Shown: positions 25,117 through 32,000 of the stretch, piece after piece
How positions within the stretch are numbered: the first letter of the stretch is position 1
How the letters are laid out: each line of letters begins with the position of its first letter
Assembly (NCBI RefSeq): GCF_002945325.1
Contig: NZ_CP026606.1
Span: 1,260,001-1,292,000, forward strand
DNA length: 32,000 nucleotides
Direction of reading: 5' to 3'
DNA from: Methanococcus maripaludis
GTDB lineage: Archaea; AGJL01; Methanococci; Methanococcales; Methanococcaceae
Notes under the pieces: generated by a model
Database searches by the model: none
What the model was told of the DNA's origin: nothing
Seen by the model: the letters and a program-made list of their open reading frames with translations, nothing else
Translations under genes and position numbers: made by a program

Positions 25117-26553
25117 ATGAAAATTTTTAAAAAAAGCGATATTTCAGGAATTTTTCATGAATTGGGGATTTTAATATCAACTATCGGTTTCATCATGCTG
25201 TTGCCGTCGTTTATTGGGATTTATTTTCATGAACCGTTTTTTTATTTTTTATTCCCCTCACTTTTTTTCATGATACTCGGGTTATTAATTAATAAAATTA
25301 CCAAGCCTATTTCAGTAAAATTAAAGCATGCAATGGTTATTTCCGCATTAGCATGGCTCATGGCTTCATTAATTGGGGCAATTCCATTTTATATCGGTAT
25401 TGAGTATTTCAGTTATCTTGACGGTGTTTTTGAAAGCATGTCTGCATGGACCACAACAGGATTTAGTATTGTCAGTGATGTAGAATCATTACCAAGAACT
25501 CTTCAATTTTGGAGAAGTTTTGAACAGTGGATTGGCGGAGTTGGGGTGCTTGCAATGGTTATCACAATTCTTTCAAAAGCAGGGGCATCTGCATACTACC
25601 GTGCAGAAGCAAGGGAAGAAAAAATCATGCCAAGTACAATTGGAACGATTAAAAAAATATGGCAAATATACTTGTTATATACAACCATTGGGATCTGTCT
25701 GCTTTATTTAAGTGGCTTAAATTTGTGGAGTGCATTAAACATCTGTATGTGTGGTATTTCAACAGGCGGTATGAGTATAAGTAATCAAAGTTTTCCATTT
25801 AATAACTTCGCAAAGATTATAATGACTTTAATTATGTATATCGGTGGTGTTGTTTCATTTTCGGTACACCACAATGTTTTAACCGGAAGGCGGGTTGATG
25901 ATATACAGACAAAAACTTCAATTCCAATACTATTCTTTGCCGCATTTGTAATTACCCTAACTTCAGGAATAGATCCATTAGATTCGCTATTTACCGTAGT
26001 TTCTGCAATGACGAGCACGGGATTTTCAAGCGTACAGATATCTTCGCTAACAAACATATCAATTGCAGTTTTGATATTTGTAATGGCGATTGGAGGGGCC
26101 ACTGGGACTACAACGGGTGGTATTAAGCTTATAAGGCTTGTAATTATGGCTAAAGGATTTTATTACAGGTTAAAAGAAGTTGTTAGTCCTGGAAACGCAA
26201 TAATATACAAAAAAATAGGTAAAAACCAATTGTCTGATTTTTTAATTCTGGATGCATTTATAATAGCTTTTGCATATATTATCCATTATTTATTTGGAAC
26301 GCTTGTTTTAATAAGCCTTGGTTATGATCCATTTTTATCAGTATTTGAGTCAGTTTCGCTAGTTGCAAACATGGGGCTTTCTGTTGATATAGTAAACCAC
26401 TCACTACACCCCGTTGCAAAAATTTTAGGTGTATTTTCAATGTGGGTTGGAAGGCTTGAAATTATTCCGATATACGTTTTAATAATCCTTCCTCTGTACT
26501 TAAAACTAAAAGATGTGGGTAAAAACAAAATAAGTAAAAATCGAAAGTTATAA
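25117..26553 (+). CDS. trkH: TrkH/KtrB-family potassium uptake membrane protein
   Basis: 478-aa polytopic protein with repeated pore-loop-like TTGFS, STGGMS, TSTGFS and TTGGIK motifs. Confidence 0.88.
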   Translation: MKIFKKSDISGIFHELGILISTIGFIMLLPSFIGIYFHEPFFYFLFPSLFFMILGLLINKITKPISVKLKHAMVISALAWLMASLIGAIPFYIGIEYFSYLDGVFESMSAWTTTGFSIVSDVESLPRTLQFWRSFEQWIGGVGVLAMVITILSKAGASAYYRAEAREEKIMPSTIGTIKKIWQIYLLYTTIGICLLYLSGLNLWSALNICMCGISTGGMSISNQSFPFNNFAKIIMTLIMYIGGVVSFSVHHNVLTGRRVDDIQTKTSIPILFFAAFVITLTSGIDPLDSLFTVVSAMTSTGFSSVQISSLTNISIAVLIFVMAIGGATGTTTGGIKLIRLVIMAKGFYYRLKEVVSPGNAIIYKKIGKNQLSDFLILDAFIIAFAYIIHYLFGTLVLISLGYDPFLSVFESVSLVANMGLSVDIVNHSLHPVAKILGVFSMWVGRLEIIPIYVLIILPLYLKLKDVGKNKISKNRKL

Positions 26554-26624
26554 ATAGTAATTTAACCTCTTTAAGTTGAATTATGAAGATATATCCTTTA
26601 TAACCGAATTACAAGGTGGGATTT

Positions 26625-26942
26625 ATGGTCGAATTTTGTCCTAAATGTAACAATATCATGCTCCCAAAAGGTGGAGTTTTAAAGTGCGTGGTCTGTAAAC
26701 ACGAAGAAGAACTTGGTGATGCAAATCAAGAATACGCTTTAAAAGAAAAAATAGAATCCAAAAAACAGGACGTTACTGTTATTGAAAACGTAGATACCCT
26801 CCCAACAACAAGAATAGAATGCCCAAATTGTGGAAATATGGAAGCATTCTGGTGGTTACAGCAGACAAGATGTGCTGATGAACCTGAAACCAGATTTTAC
26901 AAATGTAAAAAATGCAGTCATACGTGGAGAGAATACGATTAA
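26625..26942 (+). CDS. tfs: Transcription factor S (TFIIS-like RNA cleavage factor)
   Basis: N-terminal zinc ribbon CPKCNN...CVVCKH. C-terminal ribbon CPNCGN...QTRCADEPETRFYKCKKCSHTW carries the acidic DE hairpin. GGTG lies 6 nt upstream of ATG 26625. Confidence 0.9.
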   Translation: MVEFCPKCNNIMLPKGGVLKCVVCKHEEELGDANQEYALKEKIESKKQDVTVIENVDTLPTTRIECPNCGNMEAFWWLQQTRCADEPETRFYKCKKCSHTWREYD

Positions 26943-26970
26943 TTAAGATTTAAATTAATATTAAAAATTC

Positions 26971-26994
26971 AAAAAAAACTTATTTTATTTTTTT
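26971..26994. terminator. Bidirectional oligo-T terminators between convergent tfs and secG
   Basis: A8 run (26971-26978, which is T8 on the minus strand, 19 nt past the secG stop) and T4/T7 runs (26983-26994) downstream of tfs. Confidence 0.45.
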
Positions 26995-26996
26995 AA

Positions 26997-27158
26997 TTAA
27001 ATTAAAATTCCGTAGTTTAAAACAGCTTCAATGATTATAATTGACACGGTTAAGCCTAAAACTTTTTCCGGAGCTATTTTTATTTTTGAAACATCTTCAT
27101 CCATATATCTTACAAGTCCTGCACTTGTGCTCAGTCCTGCATCCTGATTTTTAGCCAT
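26997..27158 (-). CDS. secG: Preprotein translocase subunit SecG (archaeal Sec61 beta), 53 aa; absent from the supplied ORF track
   Basis: My translation is [53 protein letters not shown]. The GL.TSAGL.RYMDE motif plus a C-terminal TM anchor is the Sec-beta signature. GGTGATAAA precedes ATG 27158. Confidence 0.75.
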   Translation of the reverse strand: MAKNQDAGLSTSAGLVRYMDEDVSKIKIAPEKVLGLTVSIIIIEAVLNYGILI

Positions 27159-27230
27159 TTTATCACCTTATCTAAAAAGTATATGTTTTAAAAGTTTATA
27201 AACTTTCCTAAAAATTTTTAAGTATTGATT

Positions 27231-28610
<1,380 letters not shown>

Positions 28611-29231
28611 TTATTCCTCCTCATTAGTTTCAAAGTCTTTTTTAATAAGTGATGCCATTACTGACGTCTGTCCTGCATATTTTGAGCATTTTCTATCTGA
28701 ATATCCAATATCTGCTGGTGAAAGTGTTTTACTAAATATTAACTGTCCTACTCTCTGGTTTTTATAGAGAATTACAGGCTTATCATAAGCTACAATTTCT
28801 AACGTTATTTTTCCCTTAAATCCTGAATCAATCCATCCTGCGGTCTGGTGTGTTTGTAAAAATACCCTTCCAAAACTGCTTCTACCCTGGTACTGTGCAC
28901 AAACGTCATTTGGAAGTTCTACGTATTCATTGGTGGTTCCTAAAAGTCCTCCACTCACAACACAGTCGACACTGTATTTTTCTTTATAATTTTTAATTAT
29001 TGTTTCATCCAAGTGGTGGTTTAGGGGGCATACCATAACGGAATTTTCAATTTCGAATTTACTGTGATTTAGAGTTTTTTTAACGTCGTAAACGTCTTCG
29101 TTGTATTTTATAAATTCGCTTCCAAGGGTAACATCATAAGAACAAGGTCCAACGAATTTTGAGTTAAATGGCTCAATTAAAACTCTTTTCGAAGTAACAT
29201 AATTAAAAATGTCTTTATCACTTAATATCAT
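28611..29231 (-). CDS. dcd: dCTP deaminase family protein (possibly the bifunctional dCTP deaminase/dUTPase type)
   Basis: MILSDKDI N-terminus, and GRSSFGR and GWIDSGFKG motifs typical of the Dcd/Dut trimeric fold. Confidence 0.85.
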   Translation of the reverse strand: MILSDKDIFNYVTSKRVLIEPFNSKFVGPCSYDVTLGSEFIKYNEDVYDVKKTLNHSKFEIENSVMVCPLNHHLDETIIKNYKEKYSVDCVVSGGLLGTTNEYVELPNDVCAQYQGRSSFGRVFLQTHQTAGWIDSGFKGKITLEIVAYDKPVILYKNQRVGQLIFSKTLSPADIGYSDRKCSKYAGQTSVMASLIKKDFETNEEE

Positions 29232-29254
29232 CTATTTCACCAGAGAGATTTAGA

Positions 29255-29794
29255 TTAGTCCTTTTCTACAAAAACACACTTTTCAGATTTTGAAGGTGTT
29301 ACTTTTATTTTGGCATCATTATACTCAGAATAAAGAGTTTTTCCTTCGGTAAATCGGTCTAGGAATATTGCAAGTGCCGCAACTTCAGAATGGGGCTGGT
29401 TTCCAACTGAAAGGTTGTAGTCTGCAAGATCGTAAGCTTCTCTTGGAACTTTTTCAGCACCAATTATCAAAAGCAAGTTTTTATTCGTTTTTGAAATATC
29501 TTCTCTAATCTCTGTCATAATTTTATTAATATTTTCCCCATACATTGTAAGATGTACTACTATCCCGTTATCTTTAAACCTTTTTGCATAAGATCTCCAG
29601 GATTTGACGACTTCAAATTTAAATTCTCCGCCCCATGCGTCAACAATTCTTTCAACGCTTTCTTTAACGTGTTTATCCTCTTCAGTAAATATTATCTTTT
29701 CAGCCCCAAGTGCTCTTGAAGTTAGTGCAACGTGGGTGGATATTCGTTTGTCTCTCTCGCCTCGATGGCCCAACCTCAATATCTCAATAGCCAT
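29255..29794 (-). CDS. trm56: tRNA (cytidine56-2'-O)-methyltransferase (SPOUT, aTrm56)
   Basis: ILRLGHRGERDKRISTHVALTSRALGA N-terminus characteristic of aTrm56, ~179 aa. GGTGAT SD is present. Confidence 0.82.
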   Translation of the reverse strand: MAIEILRLGHRGERDKRISTHVALTSRALGAEKIIFTEEDKHVKESVERIVDAWGGEFKFEVVKSWRSYAKRFKDNGIVVHLTMYGENINKIMTEIREDISKTNKNLLLIIGAEKVPREAYDLADYNLSVGNQPHSEVAALAIFLDRFTEGKTLYSEYNDAKIKVTPSKSEKCVFVEKD

Positions 29795-29885
29795 AAAATC
29801 ACCAAATTAATCAAATAAAATTCGAGTTAAATTAAAAGTTTTCAAAAAATATTAAAAAAGTTAATATTTAAAATTAATTGAAATG

Positions 29886-29918
29886 GTAAAAAAATTAAAT
29901 CTCAAAATTAATTGAGAT
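29886..29918 (-). terminator. aglB terminator: hairpin spanning the stop codon followed by an oligo-T run
   Basis: Minus-strand ATCTCAA-ttaatt-TTGAGAT (29918-29899) includes the TAA stop and is followed by TTAATTTTTTT (T7 at 29894-29888). Confidence 0.5.
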
Positions 29919-32000
29919 AGTCTGTTCCGTAATCTACGCTGTAAACTTTAAATCCTGGCTGTATGCCGTAGGATGTTGGATCTACTGATTCTTTTTCAAG
30001 ACTAATTTTTTCAAGTCCATATCCGTCAAGGAAATGTAGTTTTGTATATATACTGTCTTCAAGGTTTTTACTTGAAACCCAAGCATATACTTGGTATGTT
30101 CCATCTGATAATTTTTCTAGCCTTACGATTTCAGAGTAGTCTCCATTTTCGTTTGTTTCCTGTTCGTAGACATTTCCATTCACTTTTAAAATTAGTTTGT
30201 GGAAATTTGGACTCTGCATGGATGTCTGGTTGTTGCTGTCAATAACTGCATTTGCCGATTTTATTTCAGAATCTGTAATTTCAAGAATATTTATAACACG
30301 GTATGAATCAGTTTCTTGTAGTGGTATGTATACTACAGTAGTTCCGTTAACATCCTGTGCACTACCGCCCAATTGCTGGTAGTAGCCCATTTCTCTATCG
30401 CTATTTTCAGTGTTTGCCGGTAAACTAAAGTTCCAGTTTCCAAACATGCTCCATACTGATGCAATACTTGTCATCCTGTTGTAAGTAATTAAATAATCAG
30501 GATTTGTAACTTTTGGATGTGTTAAATCAATTACTTCTTCTGCTTCTGCATTTGTCAGGTCGTAGTTATTTACTAAACTAGCTTTAGCTTCTGTTCTTGT
30601 CAATGGAAGTATTTCATTTAAAATATCTACAGTATCTTTAATCGATCCTGTTTTTTTAATTAAAATACTGTCATCATCATAAGCGCTGTCTCCACTAGTT
30701 GCAAGCATTCTCAAAATTCCAACTGATAAATTTTCATCAGATGTTGAAAATGCATGTCCGACCCAGTAAGCTCTAGGGGTGTTTTGTGATCCTCCATCAA
30801 AGGTTACCATTTTTCTTGTAGCCCATGTGTAGATGTGTCCGTTATCCCACCAGCAGGTAACAACTGAGTTTTCAGGAGTTTCTGATTTTATCCAGCTTAA
30901 ACTATCCATCCAGCCGTTATTCATTGTAGGTGCAGTATAAAATGGTACTGCGGCAGCCATTGATGGGAAAACAAGCATAACTGCAAGAAGTACTCCAAAT
31001 ACTTTTTTAACAGCTTGCTCCTTTTCAGAAATTATATCAATGATTTTGTATACTGCCAATACAAGCATTGCAATTATTGATAAATAAAATGCAATTGGAA
31101 CATAGGTGGTTGGAATGATTATATTGAATAATTCCCCATTGTATTTGATCAAACTAATTACCGAGAGAATTCCAATTACTGGATATAATATATATTCCAC
31201 TTTTTTTTCGTATCTTTTAATTATATTTTCAATCTGGCCTGCAAAGATTCCTATACCTATTGCAAGTGCAGGAGTCATCAATGCAACGAACCTGATACCT
31301 TTTGTCGCAGCATAAACTGTAGCCATAAGCCAGAGTGTTAAATAAAGTGCATATTTAATATCAATTTTTTGTTTATCGTGTCTGAATGACACAAATGATA
31401 ATAATATTCCAGAAATTCCTGCAATTAATAACCAAACATTTCCAACCGAATTTTCAATTATGTCAGTTACGGTTGGAATTGCAAGTTCTGAAACTGTCGT
31501 ATAAACATTTGGCCAACCTGTTATTTTTGTAGCTTCATTTATTGCAGTAAATCCGATTGGGGATAATATCCCGTTAATAAATCCACTTAATCCTGTTGAA
31601 AGCGAAACAAGAATTGCTCCACCAACCAATGTAATCAATGAGGTTGTAATCACATTTTTTAGATTTTTAGATTTTGTTAAATATTCGTATGCTAAATATA
31701 AAACTAAAAATCCTGCTGTGATATCAAATGCATACCACCAACCCATCCACATCATTGGATATAATCCAATCAAAATGGCAGCAATTCCCCCAAATATACC
31801 CGATTTTTTAGAATTTTCCTGTTCGTGAATTGCTTCCATTACCATCCAGACTATGAATAGTAATGGCAGTATCTCAAATATCGGTGTATCTGAAAATCCA
31901 GCAGATGTTTTATATAATAAACTTGGACTTGAAATCAAAAGCAGCGCTCCAACAAGTCCCCCTATGTTTGAGCCCGTATTTCTCCTTACAATAAAAAATA
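29908..32000 (-). CDS. aglB: Archaeal oligosaccharyltransferase AglB (STT3 family), 5'-truncated by the window end
   Basis: Polytopic N-terminal region followed by the WWDNGH (WWDYG-type) catalytic motif and a large soluble C-terminal domain. My translation shows the frame stays open through 32000; the track start at 31938 is an internal TTG. Confidence 0.88.
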   Translation of the reverse strand, partial: FFIVRRNTGSNIGGLVGALLLISSPSLLYKTSAGFSDTPIFEILPLLFIVWMVMEAIHEQENSKKSGIFGGIAAILIGLYPMMWMGWWYAFDITAGFLVLYLAYEYLTKSKNLKNVITTSLITLVGGAILVSLSTGLSGFINGILSPIGFTAINEATKITGWPNVYTTVSELAIPTVTDIIENSVGNVWLLIAGISGILLSFVSFRHDKQKIDIKYALYLTLWLMATVYAATKGIRFVALMTPALAIGIGIFAGQIENIIKRYEKKVEYILYPVIGILSVISLIKYNGELFNIIIPTTYVPIAFYLSIIAMLVLAVYKIIDIISEKEQAVKKVFGVLLAVMLVFPSMAAAVPFYTAPTMNNGWMDSLSWIKSETPENSVVTCWWDNGHIYTWATRKMVTFDGGSQNTPRAYWVGHAFSTSDENLSVGILRMLATSGDSAYDDDSILIKKTGSIKDTVDILNEILPLTRTEAKASLVNNYDLTNAEAEEVIDLTHPKVTNPDYLITYNRMTSIASVWSMFGNWNFSLPANTENSDREMGYYQQLGGSAQDVNGTTVVYIPLQETDSYRVINILEITDSEIKSANAVIDSNNQTSMQSPNFHKLILKVNGNVYEQETNENGDYSEIVRLEKLSDGTYQVYAWVSSKNLEDSIYTKLHFLDGYGLEKISLEKESVDPTSYGIQPGFKVYSVDYGTDYLN

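Overview
AT-rich archaeal chromosome segment that reads as a hydrogenotrophic methanogen of the Methanococcales (Methanococcus-like). Support: GGTGA-type Shine-Dalgarno sites, TTTATATA-type TATA boxes, oligo-T terminators, and a nearly complete energy-converting [NiFe] hydrogenase A (eha) operon. Layout: (1) Minus strand 1-10358: an XRE-type HTH gene, then with no real gap ehaA-ehaO (12 small membrane subunits, EhaM, NuoB-like small subunit, NuoD-like large subunit), three polyferredoxin genes (8+4+6 Cys motifs) and the start of a CBS-domain-like gene. (2) 10.5-17.3 kb: ZPR1-type zinc-finger protein, a guaAA-map-DRG GTPase operon, an ArsR regulator, a MobB-like P-loop/Cys-motif fusion, Taw1/TYW1 and archaeal phosphoglycerate mutase. 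(3) 17.5-18.9 kb: the only clearly non-housekeeping gene, a secreted CAP/SCP-like protein with two perfectly homogeneous in-frame tandem arrays (17 x 15 bp and 14 x 24 bp). (4) 19-32 kb: top6A (GTG start), ftsZ (TTG start), secE-spt5/nusG-rpl11, purA, a 2-phosphoglycerate-kinase homologue, trkH, tfs, a 53-codon secG/Sec61beta gene missing from the ORF track, a trm56-dcd-UPF0210 operon, and most of aglB (STT3), which runs off the window end. I saw no tRNA/rRNA, CRISPR, transposase/integrase or recognisable defence genes. I also saw no convincing multi-gene novel system; this is mostly conserved core genome. The best leads for something undescribed are: (a) the repeat-bearing secreted CAP-domain protein; (b) the HTH gene placed as first cistron of the eha operon; (c) the MobB-like/Cys-motif fusion with its neighbouring orphan ArsR; (d) the uncharacterised UPF0210 protein translationally coupled to dcd. 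All product calls rest on motif recognition by eye, since no searches could be run.
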